From the NCBI GenBank assembly GCA_012295275.1, contig CM022678.1, positions 6,138,001 to 6,202,000 of the forward strand: a stretch of 64,000 bases of DNA. The letters run 5' to 3'. Below the pieces are notes generated by a model. The model saw only the letters and a list, made by a program, of their open reading frames with translations, had not been told where the DNA came from and searched no databases. This stretch comes from Chrysomallon squamiferum. Lineage: Eukaryota; Animalia; Mollusca. Made by a program: the position numbers and the translations under genes. Shown here piece after piece: positions 25,484-40,100 of the stretch (position 1 is its first letter; every line of letters starts with the position of its first letter).

Positions 25484-28400
25484 AGAAATTATTATACACT
25501 ATCATGACTTCTCATTGTTTGAAATAAAAATTAATAGCATTCAATTACATTTAAAATATCACTCTTTTTTCCAATTATGACATTTACTATTTTCATTTTC
25601 TTTTCTTTCTTTATTTAGTTAGATTTTTGTCATACTAGGAATGTAAATTAAAAATAAAAAATCTTTATAAATAAACATATCAAGTAAAAAATATTTATCA
25701 CAAATAAAATCTCCATAATTATGCAATTATCACCACAATTAAAAGAATCAACTATCTGAGTAAAGTGAAAAAGAATTAAAACATTTTCTAATTCTAAATC
25801 CATATCTTGAAGCACTATTTCCATACAATATTTTGTTGCTATACTTTAATAAAAAAAAAGTTTTGGACACTTTCTTATTAATTAGATTAATGACTTCATA
25901 ACAATAACAAAGCACAAAAATGTTAAAAATCTTCAAAAATAAATGTATCCAGGAAAATATATTCTCACAAATAAAATCTCTATATTATGAGATTATAATC
26001 ACAATTAAAAGAATTAATGAACACAGCAAAGTGAAAAATAATAAAAGTCATGCCTGATTTATTGTTCTAAATCTAGATGAAGAAGTACTATTTTTATAAA
26101 ATATCATGTTGCAGAAAAATAATAGTACTTTAAACCTGAACTTTATGTTTCTATATATATATATGATAATATATTCTAGAGGTTCCATTACTATAAAAAA
26201 AATCGATATAATTACAGTTTATGTTTGACTTAATGATATGACAATACTGTTTTAACAAATGTCTTGTTTAAGAATTCATAAAGGTTTAGCATATTTCAAC
26301 ACACATTGAAATTTTACTTAACTTACACAAATACTAAATTTATATTACTTTACTTTCTTCATTACTACACATTAAATTTAAAATAATTTTACAAAAATAC
26401 ATTTACATTAGAAAACCTTCTGAAAGAATGGGCTTTTAAATAAACTTCTATAGATATTAAAACTGTGCATCACTTTGTAATAATAAATTTATATTAGAAA
26501 ACTTTCCCCACGATTAAATACGTCATTGACATTGTTTTATATACATTAGCAGTTTACATGAGTCTCCTAATAATATATTTGAATGTGCGAAGATTTTCAG
26601 CAAAAACAATTATTTATTAAAAAGCCTTCAATACATGATCTTTCCATGAATCAATTGGAAAAAGGAATATTTAAATTTAACATAATTGGTATGGGTGTAA
26701 ATTTGATCAGAATACTTTCTGCTATAAAATATATTAGTTTTTAACATGGGGAGACACATCACATCAGTTTTTTAATTTATCTTCACACTTTACAGGGCAG
26801 ATTTTCTAGACTGAAAACAATAATTTAGTCTGCAAGTGAAGGACAATAATGTTCAAATCAATGTAAACCCAATATGATTTTGTTTTTTTAATCTTTTTAC
26901 ATTTTTCTTCTTATTATTTTTGTATTTTGTTGCTTGAAATAGAATGCAACTGTAGCATTAAATTAGAAATTATTATACACTATGATAACTTCTCATTGTT
27001 TGAAATAAAAATTAATAGCATTCAATTACATTTAAAATATCACACTTTTTTCCAATTATGACATTTACTATTTTCATTTTCTTTTCTTTCTTTATTTAGT
27101 TAGTTTTTTGTCATGGAATGTAAGAGCAAAACATTAAAAATAAAAATCTTTAAAAATAAACATATCAAGTAAAAATATTGATCAGAAATAAAATTTCCAT
27201 AATTATGCAATTATAACCACAATTAAAAGAATTAACTATCTGAGTAAAGTGAAAAATAATTTAAAATTCTTCTAATTCTAAATCCATATCTTGAAGCACT
27301 ATTTGTATACAATATTATGCTGGTACACTTTAATAAAAACATTTTTGGGACACTTTCTTATTAATTAGATTAATGACTTCATAACAATAACAAAGCACAA
27401 CAATGATAAAAATCATCAAAAATAAATGTATCAAGTAAAATATATTCTCACAAATAAAATCTCTATATTATGAGATTTTATTCACAATTAAAAGAATTAA
27501 TGACCACAGCAAAGTGAAAAATAATAAAAGTCATGCCTGATTTATGGTTCTAAATCTAGATGAAGAAGTACTATTTTTATAAAATATCATGTTGCAGAAA
27601 AATAATAGTACTCTAAACCTGAACTCTATTTTTATATATATATAGTTTAAATGATAATATATTCTCGCAGTTCCTTTGCTGTAAAAACATTTGATATTAT
27701 TACAGTTTATGTTTAACTTAATGATATGAAACAATACTGTTGTAACAAATGTCTTATATTAGAAATTGTGCAGCAACAAATATCATATGAAAACATTTTT
27801 GTTTTAAACAAACCACTTGGAAGAAGGAATGTGTAAAGGAAGTGTTAAATAAAATGGTCTTATAACAAGTATTGTGATTCAAAAATAATAATAAAAATAA
27901 AATAAAAGCATAAAAAATGTTATTTAACAAAGTATTTATAGGTTTTGTTTTGCATAAGATAGACACAGGAATGAATTTTAAAGACACCTGTTTGTATTTT
28001 TGTTTTATATAATTCATGGTCAGATGTAATGATTATAAAATATTATGAAACTTAATACTTGATTAACAATATCTCAATATATTTTTTATGTTTCACATAA
28101 TCAGTAAGAAATACAACTATTGTAACATATGAAAAATATGCAATTAATTTTTGTAAAATAGTATCTTAATATATTTTTCTGTTTTACATAACGGTGTTAA
28201 CAAATATGTAATAAAGCAAGTGTCTGTAAATATAAACACTTGTTTCACAAGACATAAACACATGTTTAGTGTTTTACATTATTTGATGCTACATGTAATC
28301 ATATTTTACTTAACAGACATCAATATGTTAAGAGTGTTTGAAAGAATTTTCTTTAAGGATTCATAAACCTTTAGCATATTTCAGTATACATTCAAATTTT

Positions 28401-29184
28401 ACATAACTTATATAAATACTAAATTTATATTACTTTACTTTCTTCATGATTACACATTAAATTTTACAATAATACATTTACATTAGAAAACTTTCTAAAA
28501 GAATTGGGTTTTAAATACAGTTCTATAGATATTACATCTGTGCATCACTTAATAATACTAAATTTATTTTAGAAAACCTCCATGTTTTATATGTGATTAA
28601 CATGCTTCAATATACATTAAAATGTTACATGATTTTCATGTTATTACATTTGAATTTATCAAGAGATTTTCAGAAAAACAATTATTTATTAACAAATTTC
28701 AACATGATCTTTATATGAATCAATTGGAAAAAGGAATATTTAAATTTAACATGATTTTTATGGTTGTAAATTTGATCAGAATACTTTCTGCTGTAAAATA
28801 TATTAGTTTTTAACATGGGGAGACACATCACATCAGTTTTTTAATTTATCTTCACAGTTTACTGGGCAGATTTTCTAGACTGAAAACAATAATTTAGTCT
28901 GCAAGTGAAGGACAATAATGTTCAAATCAATGTAAACTCAATAAAACTGAGTTTTGTTTGTTTTAATCTTTTTACTTTTTTATATTATTTTATTTTTTTA
29001 TTTTGTTGCTTGAAATAGAATGCAACTGTAACAGTAAAGTAGGAATTATTATACATGATCATAACTTCTCATTGTTTCAAATAGAAATTAATATCATTCA
29101 ATTAAATTTAAAATATCACTTTTTCCAAACATGACATTTACTATTTTCATTTTCTTTTATTTCTTTGTTTCTTTATTATTATTA

Positions 29185-29231
<47 letters not shown>

Positions 29232-29600
29232 TTTTTTGTTATACTAGGAAGGTAAGAGAAAAAAATTAAAATTAAAAATCATTAGAAATAAACATATCAA
29301 GTAAAAAATATTTTAGCACAAATAAAATATCCATAATTATGCATTTATAACCACTATTTAAAAATAATTAAAAAAAATTTCTAATTTTAATACCAAATCC
29401 ATAACTTGAAGCAGTATTTCTATAAAATATTATGTTTCACAGTATTAATAATACTTTAAACTGAAAGTATTTGTTTTGAAAAAATGTGTTCTGTTTAAAT
29501 GATAATACATGCTTGCAGTTCCATTATGTAAAAACAATGGATATAGTTACAGTTTATATTTAACTTAATGATATGAAACAACACTGTTGTAACAAATGCC
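25484..29600. repeat. Further, more diverged copies of the ~1.46-kb AT-rich unit
   Basis: CATGGGGAGACACATCACATCAG anchor near 26746 and 28814; blocks align with 11700-16860. Confidence 0.8.
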
Positions 29601-30039
29601 AAAAATTTTATATCAAAACATTTTTTTGTTTAAATTAAACCAGTTGGAAGAATGTATCTGTAAAGGCACTTCAGTGTATTTTTATATTCTACATAATAGT
29701 GTTAAATAAAATAGTATTACAACAAATATTTTGTATAATTTGTTTGTTTTTTTTTTTTTTTTTTTTTTTTTTAAATATTCCAACATTAAAAATTAAAGAA
29801 ATTAAAAAATAATATTTGTTTAACAATATATGAATACATTATTGAATTAAATTAACAAATGATTCCAAAAGTAAGAAAAGAAAATGAAAATAGTAAATTT
29901 ATTTTTCTTTTCTTTTCTTACTTTTTTAATTTTTCACATTATACTAGGTATTTAAGAGCAAATCCAATTAAAGCATATCTTTCGTGATACAAAAGAAAAA
30001 AAACTAAATAAAATTTGCCTTCCAGTTGCAAGAATAACA

Positions 30040-30220
30040 AGCAAGTACACTTCAAAGGTATCTGGACATCATTTTTCTGTAGTCACAACATCATGACATT
30101 CAATTAAGACTGATTTTCTCTAAGTATTCCTCTAACAAAATAAAAAAAATAGTGCTAGGAGTCTGCAAAGTATGTCATGACATCATGACTCCAGTTATGG
30201 AGGGACGGATTAAATGGCCT
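30040..30220 (-). pseudogene. Orphan copy of the paralogue 3'-flank/3'UTR block without a coding exon
   Basis: Matches 17215-17400 and 36120-36300, which lie just 3' of the stop codons of copies 2 and 3. Confidence 0.65.
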
Positions 30221-30221
30221 T

Positions 30222-30600
30222 CCCCTCAACCCAAACTGTTTTAGAAGGTCTTATCGATGACTGCGTAATGGACTCAGCTATTTTTGAACGTAAGATGAAA
30301 TTAGCCGATTATTTTAGAAACTGAAGTGGAGAAAAATTACCGATAACTCAAAAACTGATCCCGAGATCGTTAAAACTTACAGAAAAGTACAAGAAAATGT
30401 TGGAAAATTTCAAATAAACAAAATTCTGCGGTTATAGAACGACGTACTCTCGGTAATCTACGCAATAATCAAACCGGCAGACAAAGGATTAACAACTGTT
30501 ATTTTATCAAGGTAAAATTACATCCGCGAAGACAACTTAATAATATGAAATATTATTTTAAAAAAATTGGACAAAACCATTTGCCAAACCAATAGAAATA
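30222..30600 (+). mobile_element. Penelope-like retroelement fragment (region N-terminal to the RT)
   Basis: Translates to FERKMKLADYF and IIKPADKGLTTVILS followed by YIRE; these match Penelope-like element N-terminal motifs. Frame-disrupted. Confidence 0.65.
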
Positions 30601-30698
30601 AATTCATAATCAATACATTGAATCTATTCATGTATGAATGCATTAGGTGTTTTTGTAAGTATGTATGTTTGTATGTATATATATATGTATACCTACAT

Positions 30699-30733
<35 letters not shown>

Positions 30734-33700
30734 TTATGTTTTAACCATAATCATCATCATCATCATCATTTTTTTCATCTTGAATGCAGTTTAAAATCGA
30801 TGGAATATTGAGAGAGATAAATTCAGATTTCGAGGATTTCCTGCCATTGATTGAGTCCATTGTTTTAAGTGAGAGCGTTTCTGTGAAGACTCTACATTTT
30901 AACTACCCTGTTTAAGAGTGGTGTTCTGGAAATAAACAAAGTCGCGAGAATGCAAGAATGAAAAAAAAAATAATAATAATAATAATAAAAATAATAATAA
31001 AACAGTTATATAACGTCTGCAGTTAAAGCTGATATTTCACTGTATTGTCTATTGAATTAAATATAAAAAAAGTAATTCAGAATATTTTTTAAAATTTTTA
31101 ATATTTGTTTAAAAAAATTCGTATGCTATTAGAGAGGGAGGGATGAAGGGACAGACAAGATCGAGCGGGAGAGAGCTACACTAAAGTATGTAAGTATGTA
31201 TGTATGTAAGTATGTATGTATGTATGTACGTATGTAAGTATGTTTGTATGGATGTATGCTTGTATGTACAATTAAATGTCGGATTATGCCATTTTGGCCT
31301 GCATGAAATTAACCTTAACGCCGATGTTCTACAGTAAAATGCAAACGTCATTACGTTCAACGTGACGTCATTCATCAGCGTGACGTGTCGTGGTAAAAAA
31401 AAAGGGGGGCCTGAAATACATTTTCCCTTTAAAATATATTTAAACGAAAGTAAATAAAATAAATAAAAATTAACAATTAAAGACAAAAGAAGCTAAAACA
31501 AACAAGCACAGAACAATACAATAATATATACATATATATATATATATATAATAAAAAGATGATAAAAACAAAAAATGGGTATGGACAATAAAATATATAC
31601 ACTGACCTCTACCTATGCAAAGACCTAGCATGTTTATTTTGTATCAGTTCATTGTTATTAACGACGAGAAGTCAACCAAACCAATAAAATAGTAACTTGG
31701 AATAATAACAATAATAAAAACAATTTAAATTATTATTTGTACCACAGTTAGCACACTTTGAAATGTTATACATTACACAGACAGTTGTGAATCTACACAA
31801 GAAGAGACAAGTGGTTTAGCAAGACGTTCAAGAGGACTGCCACTCTTGTCTTGCTGACTATTTCTACTTTGGAAAATACGATAGTAAAACAGAATATAGA
31901 ACCTATTAATCTTATTTACATGTATTAGAATGCTGATGAAGAAACTACTGGCTTAAACCTTCAAGAGGTCTGCCTCTCTTATCGATACGTCTCTTTTTTT
32001 TCTTTTTTTTTGTTGTTTTTTTGAAGATACAACAGATAATAAAAATCAAATACTGCATGTAATGATGTATTCATTTACTTATAAAGAAGAAAACTACTGG
32101 TTTAACTAAACCATCTTTGAGGACTGCCATTTTAATAATTATTGATTTATTCATATACTCAGAGAGAACTTTCAAGAAACGACCACAACAAAAATACTGA
32201 TTTAACAACATCATGTGGGCGATTTTTTTATATTTCCATGAGAAAATACCTGTCACTAACCTCATAACGTCGATCCCAAACAGGGAAAGAAAAATTACAT
32301 TCTGATAAAATTTTATTATGAATTTATGTGTGAAAGCTTTAAATTTCAAAAAAGTACATAAAACTAAGTTAATCATCACCATACAGAGCGTTATTTTTTA
32401 AATTGCTTTTGTTTATTTAGTTATTTCTTTCTATTATTATTTTTTTTTTTATTTACTTAATAAAATAATACTCTTTGAAAGCTTTACAAGTGGAAGAAAG
32501 ATTACTAAACTTACATTAAAAATCTCCATTAATTGAACTTTGACATTATTATTATTATTATTATTTTTTTATTTTTTATAATTGTTGTTATGTAGTCTGC
32601 ATGCATCATTAAAAGTTTATTTTATTTTTATACTTTATGATTGTCAAAGATCTTTTGCCAGTTTCACATATACTGATGCTGCTTTAAAAAATGCAGTGCT
32701 TTTATTGAGTTTAGACAATTTTATGAAGGAAATGTATTGTTCTTTTTATACATAGTATGCACATGCCATCAGAAGAAACACTTTTAAAAAACATTTTAAT
32801 TTCAACACCTTGTTTTATTTATAAATTTATTTCACCAACACAAAATTAAATTTTATATTTTGTTACTTGTTAAATTTGATTTGTAATTTTGATATGTACA
32901 ATTTATATATATATATATATATTGTTTATTTGTTTTCATTGTACAGTGAATTGTATGAAAGTGACATCTCACTGTGCAGTTGGAATTGGTTTTTTATCAG
33001 ATGATTTACTGTCTTCAAATATCACAGGTGGAAATTTATGTTACCCATATAATTTATTTTACTAGTAGAATGGACCTAAAATGGAATCACCTGTTCATGT
33101 GGCCTTCTGCATAAAGTGATTCACTCAAGGCATTTCTGTAAATTTGATTTTGCCTTTGGAAGAGGTATGAATTGTGTAACCAACTATTTGTTCCAGATAC
33201 CAGCCACTGTTACACAGACCATAACATCTCTCTACCATGATTGTGGTTACTCTTCTGCACACACTGAATAACACAAAAGATTCTTTGTTGTCTAAGGTAA
33301 TGGCCAAAAAATGATGATGTGTGCATGCTCGTTAATCATGATGAAAACTATGTATTCAGTTACTTGAGGAGAAAGTAGCTGTTTTCACTAAACATTCAAC
33401 AGGATTGCCACTGTTGTGAGTTATCTCTTTTTGATGATACAGTAAAGAATAATATATCACTGTCTTAACTAATCAAATACTACATGCAATGATGTATTTA
33501 TGTAATTATAAAGAAGAATACTGGTTTAATTAAACCTTTATGCGACTGGCATTAGAATGATAATTCATATGAAACTTATAAAGAAAATACAGGCGTCACT
33601 AAACTTTCAAGAGGACTGCAACTTATAAAAATGAAACAAAACCTTCAAAACCTTTTTGTCATTTAAAGCTGCTTAATTATAGTTTATAATTGTAGTGACA

Positions 33701-35784
33701 AAAAATCACTATCTTCTTTTCTTTTAATAATTTTATTTTTTAGTTATTGTTGTTGTTATTATTATATATAATAATACATTCTGAATCTAGTTTTCTATTA
33801 CATTTTTATTACAAACACATATAATTAATTAAGTTTTTATATATATATATATATATTAAAAAGATAAATAAATTCAACATCTTTTTTTTTACACTTTATT
33901 ATTAATTTGATTCATGAGTTAATAACAAAAACCAACCATCATATGGTATTTTACTGAATACAGAAACATTAAAAATAAAAAATCTTCAAAAATAATATAT
34001 CAAGTAAAAAATAAAATTCTTTTGTTTAAATGATAACATATTCTTGCAATTCCATTACTGTAAAAACAATTAGTATAGTTACAGTTTAACTAAATGATAT
34101 AAAACAACAGTTGTAATAAATATCTTGTATAAAAAACTGTGCAGCAAAAACAATATCAAAACATTTTTATTTTAAACAAACCAGTTGGAAGAATGAATGT
34201 CTAAAGGCACTTCATTGTATTTTTATATTCTACGAAAGTGTTAAATAAAATGATCTTATAACAAATATTTTAGATAAAAAAAAAATAATAATAATAATAA
34301 AAACAAAATTTGGTTTAACATTTGTTTTACATAGCTACAAGAATGAATTTCTAAATACAATTCTATTTGTATTTATGTTTTATACAATTCATTATCAGAT
34401 GCAAAGATTATTAAAAAAAAACATGAAACTTCTACACTTGATTAATAATATATCCTAATATATTTTTTATGTTTTACATAATCCAGTATGAAATACAACT
34501 ATTGTTACAAATAAGAAAATTGTGCAGATTAATATTTGTAAAAAAATATCTTAATATATTCTTATGTTTTACATAATAATGTCAAACATTAATAATGTTA
34601 AAGTAACATTTGTTTCACAAGGCATAACACATTTTTGGTGTTTTACATTATTCAGAGCCATATGTAATCATTATAATATTTTGCTTAAGAAAACCTTAAT
34701 ATTTGGTTAAGGAACATGAATACATATATACAGGTAAATGGTGAAATATACAAATGTGCCATGTCCCTGAATATCCCACTGTTTTGGGGGAAATAGATTA
34801 AGTGTCACATTTGTTTCACATATAATTCACTGCCACATGCACTCATTGTAATATTTTGCTTTAAAAAAAAATCCATAATTAAAATTTGGTTAAAGAACAT
34901 CAGTACATGTATAGAGGTAACTAGTGAAATACACAAATCATGCATGTCACCACACATGCATAGCTAAGAGTTTATTATATATATAATATATATATTTAAA
35001 TACACAAACAAACACAGACATTTTATATATATATATATATATATGTATCACCAAAAATAAAATTTGCATTAGAATATTTTCTGGTACAAAATTAACATTT
35101 CCCATGATTTTACAGTAATAAATTATCTGCATTAGAAAACTTTCAGTTAAAATGAATTTTTATTAATATATTTCATTAATGTTTAACAAGATTTTGTTAT
35201 AAATAAAGTTAAAACTAGAAAATGTTGTCTAAGAATTCATAATGGTTTAACATATTTCAATATATGTAACTTTCTTAAATTAAATTTAAATAAATTTAAA
35301 TTAGAAAACTTTCTAAAATAATGGGCTTTAAAATATACTTCTATAGATATTAAAACTGCACCACTTTTTAATAATAAATTTATATTTGAAAACTTTCTCC
35401 AAGTTTAATATGTAATTAACATGCTTCAATATACATTAAAATTTAACATGATTTTTGAATTAATACATTTAAATGTATCAAAATATTGTCAGCAAAAACA
35501 ATTATTTATTATCGAACTTCAATACATGGTTTTTATGTAAATCAATTACAAGAATGAATATTTAAAGTTTAACATGATTTTTATGGTAGTAAATTTGATT
35601 ATAAAACGTTCTGCTATAAAATATATTAGTATTAACATCATATTATGCTTATATATTTTTTTCTTTCTTTTTTGTTTTTATTCTTATTGTTTGAAATGGA
35701 ATGCAACATATTATTAAATTAGAAATTATTATACACTATCATAACTTTTCATTGTTAGAAATTAATATCATTCAATTAAATTTA

Positions 35785-35865
<81 letters not shown>

Positions 35866-36453
35866 ACTGGCAAACCAGTCCCTATTTATGCCAAAAATTT
35901 TGGTCTCAATATGTATATCACGTTTGTTAAAACTGTATATTATGGATACTGGATTGGTTTGCATCCCCAAAGGGTGTACATAGATATATATGTTTTCTTA
36001 CATTTTATTATTATTAATTTCATTAATGATATAATAACAAAAAAAAACCCATTTATTTCTGAATACAAAAACTTTAAAAATGCTCTCCAGTCTTAAGAAT
36101 AACAAAGTACAATAACAAACAAGTGCACTTTAAAGGTATCTGGACAACATCATTTTTCTGTAGTCATGATATCATGACATTCAAGTAAGACTGATTTTCT
36201 CTAAGTATTCCTCTAACAGAATAAAAAAAAAATAGTGCTAGGAGTCTGCAAAGTATGCCATGACATCATGACTCCAGTTTGGATGGATGGATTACATGGC
36301 CTAATTCAAATCTTTCTCGACGTTGTCATATTTTGTTATGAATAATGATAAGTTGCCAGAGCAATAAAATGAAAGCTTAGAAACTTACAAAATTAGTTTT
36401 CAGCCATTTATTCATATCACCACAAGTACACTTGCAACTTTTTGCATCTCAGA

Positions 36454-37197
36454 TTATTTTGTTTGAGACAAATAGAAAGCAACAGCCATATCTTCATCGT
36501 CATTCCCTTCTAACTGTGGCTGTTGTTCTTTGTTGTACTTATGAACAAGCTTCTCCACATGAGGCACCACACACTCGTGCAGATTGTTTAGAAATACAAA
36601 CTCTTCTTCTGTAGCTGTTAGGTGGAAGGTCTGGCAGTATTCACACTGGTCGTTTTTCACTGGACACTGGCCTTTAAGCAAATTTGTGATGCAGAGAGTG
36701 AATAGACTGTTTTTAACTCCCTGTGGAAGAAGGAACGCTGCTCTGTAACAGACGATGTCCACTGTTTCACAGTGGTTCTGTCCTTCTTAGCACCAAGACC
36801 ATCGCACTCGTCCTCCAGATTCCACAGCTTTGGTAACAACACATAGTTTTCATTGTCCTTGCTTTCAATACTTTGTAAAGACTTTGTGAAATCCTCATCG
36901 CTGAATGTTGTCAGATCAACCCCACCACTGTAGCAGCAATCCAGAATTATCATCACCTTTTCAGCATTCAAGGACTGTAATTCTTTCTTAAGTTGTTTTG
37001 GAGTCATTCTGTTGAAACGATCTCCGAAATGCAATGATATATGATTATTATGCCCAGTGAAATACAGAAGGAAAAATGGATGTTCTTTTTTATGTATTTG
37101 CTGATGAAATTCTCTGAATGCTTCAATTACTTTTTTATCCATAGAGTGATCACTAAGCGCTGGTTTTGATGTAGTTATCAATTTAATATTTTCTTTT
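36454..37197 (-). CDS. Copy 3 terminal exon, caspase-like core (YFTGH / ILDCCYSG), split by a frameshift
   Basis: ORFs 36657..37280 and 36454..36762 together align with ORF 17473..18201. Confidence 0.85.
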
Positions 37198-40100
37198 CTA
37201 AAAACAAATAAAGTAAGTAAACAAAAAGATAATTTTAATTTAAACATAAATAAAATAACTAATTCTGTTCCTACCATCACACCAAAAACTGAATATTTAA
37301 ATAATACATTTTCATTTTTATATTAATTTTCATTAAAAACACAAATAACTGTGTAAAAGATATGATACAAAACAAAATAAATTCAAAGCAATAAATTATC
37401 ACTTGACACTTACTGCATATTCAGCAACATTTTTCATAATCATTTTAAACAGTGATAGATGATTTGTAACAATTCCTGCTCAATACATATTTACTATCAA
37501 CAAACAGGAGACAGAAAACATTTAAAAGCATGGCACTAAATAAAGGAATTAAACAAAAGCCCAGTGGCAATAAATGCACAGAAATAAAGAATATCTTACT
37601 GATTTGTTTAGGACTTTTTGCATAAGTTTAAAAAGTATTAATTACAGCAAAAGTGTGAAACACTACTACTACTACTACTAATAATAATAAAGACATAGAA
37701 AGATAATAATTAAAAAATTTTAATAATAAAGACAAAACAAAACAAATAAAACAATACTTTCACAAACACATGGACACACATAAAGGTTTCAAAATAAGGG
37801 AGTTAAATTTGAATCTGATCCCTTTTTGTGATAAATGCATTTACAAAAAAAAAAAAAAAAAAAATGTATAAATACTTAAGCACCCACACCCACACATTTT
37901 ACCTTATTCCAATTATATTAGGATCTTGCAGTGTCTCTTTCATTAAATTTGCATCATTAATGAATATTTCAGCTGATGCTTTGTCAGAATCATGGCCTGC
38001 GATGATAAGGGCAAAACAGTTTTCATGACCTGAGTTCAAATAAAACAACAAATGTTTAAGTGTACACACTGGTCAACTTAACAAAACAAAAAGTCATTAA
38101 ACATACCACGCACCAGCAAACACATATTATTTACTTCAATGTGATGATTGTTTTTTATTTTTATTTGTTTTTTTATTTGGAAGTGGTAATTTAAATTTTT
38201 GATGAAACTGTTCTCTGTTTTGTGTGTGTGTGTGTTTTGTGAATAAAACAAAAAAAAAAAATTAACAGAATCAAGCATGCAAAATAAGTTTAATCCAATA
38301 AAATCTTTCTTTATGAACATATTATTATTATTATTATTATTACCATAATCACAACCTTTGGTGTAATCATGCTACAAGAAATGAAATTAACTGATTACAC
38401 AATAAGAAATATATAAATAATTAAATTTATGGAAACATATGAAAAGAAAAATTACACACACACACACACACACACACACTATGAATGTAACACACACACA
38501 CACACACAGAAATGTACCCATAACATAAACCAATACAACTCAACTTACCTACAGGAGAGAAGCACCGCCCATGAACTGAACAATTAAGTGGATTTTTCCA
38601 TGACTGGCACAAACAGTCAACGCAGAAACTGGGACATGCTTCATCACAATGTCTTGACAAATGTCTTATTTTTGCTATTTAAGAAATAGATTTTTAAAGC
38701 AGATTACAGTTAAATTAAATTACCATTTAGACTAGCAGAGATTTAAATATATCTAGTCAAGTATTATTAGCAAAAATTGGTTGACAGTTATAAACAAAAC
38801 AATAATTAAGAATCACACAAATCTATTAATTTAAGACGATTTGTTTCTGTTTTTTAAGTGTTTTCTTTACATGTACCAGAAGATTCAAAATCTTGCAAAG
38901 AAATATTCTTGTAAATACCAGAAATATTCTTTTTCTTACCTGCAAATCGTTTCTTACAGGAAATACACACTGAAAATAATGAAATCATTTGTAATAGATG
39001 AAATACTTCTTTAATTGCAAAGCAACTGAACAGCAAAAGTATCTTCAGAGGTGAAAAATTAGGCAGATGCTTTTGGAAAGGCTATTTAATTTAAAGGATT
39101 AGCAAAAACAGACACATACACTTTTATAAACATGAATATATATACAGTGGTGGGATTCAAAAATTTTTAAAACAGGTTCTTTTGGTAATAGTAAGTCAGC
39201 TTTGATCTGTAGGCTACTAGATGCTACATGCTACCAGGTGAAATTATTATTAATAATTTATTTTTGCCAAATAAAAAACACAGTGGTTGAAATATTATTT
39301 GACAACACTGATGAGATTGTACACGGTTAATAATCACTTAATATAAAGCAAGGAGTGACTTATGTAAGCAAATCAACACCAAGCTAGCTCTATTAACAAC
39401 TGGTTTCATTGAACTCATGAAATTCCAAGAATGGGTTTTACAAAACATTGCAAACTAGCTTAATCCTATCACTGTACATACATACAAACAGACATTCAAA
39501 GTCCACTAGCAAATATGGTCTTGTACAATTAATTTATTCATGTTATTCAAATATTAATAATCTTTGTTAGAAGAAACCAGTCCTATCCACACACATACAC
39601 ACACACACACACACACATACAGATACACACATGCTGAAGCAGACATAGTAGAATTAAAAGGAAAAAAATTAAAAAAATTCTAGTTTAGAAAACTATTTGA
39701 AATTAAACCTACGTTGTTTCTGTGTTTCAGTGTGAGAATGACAGGATATAAGTTCATCCAAATGGTCTTTTGTTTCCTTACTGCCACAGCTCACAATGAT
39801 TTTTCTTATGGAACACTCTCTCTGACATCTCTCTATGTTTCTCACAAGTCTCAAAAGTGCCTGAACAGTGGCTTTTGCGTTGCTGGACAGTACTTCTACA
39901 AATCAGACATAATAATTAAAACCAGTAATCAGCAAATCAGAGACTTTAAAATAACAAGCAGCTTTGTAAAAAAAAAAAAATGTAACAATTTTCTTGTGGT
40001 TGTTTTGTTGTGAGAGACATTTCATTGCTAATAATAAAGTATAGCAGTAATTTTATACTCAAAAGAAGACTGCCATTTTTCTTTCTGTTATGTGTACTTC

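Noticed and set aside
31345-31390. Cluster of TGACGT(CA) CRE-like motifs
   Set aside because: No associated exon or start site identified; such clusters are common in small invertebrate repeats.
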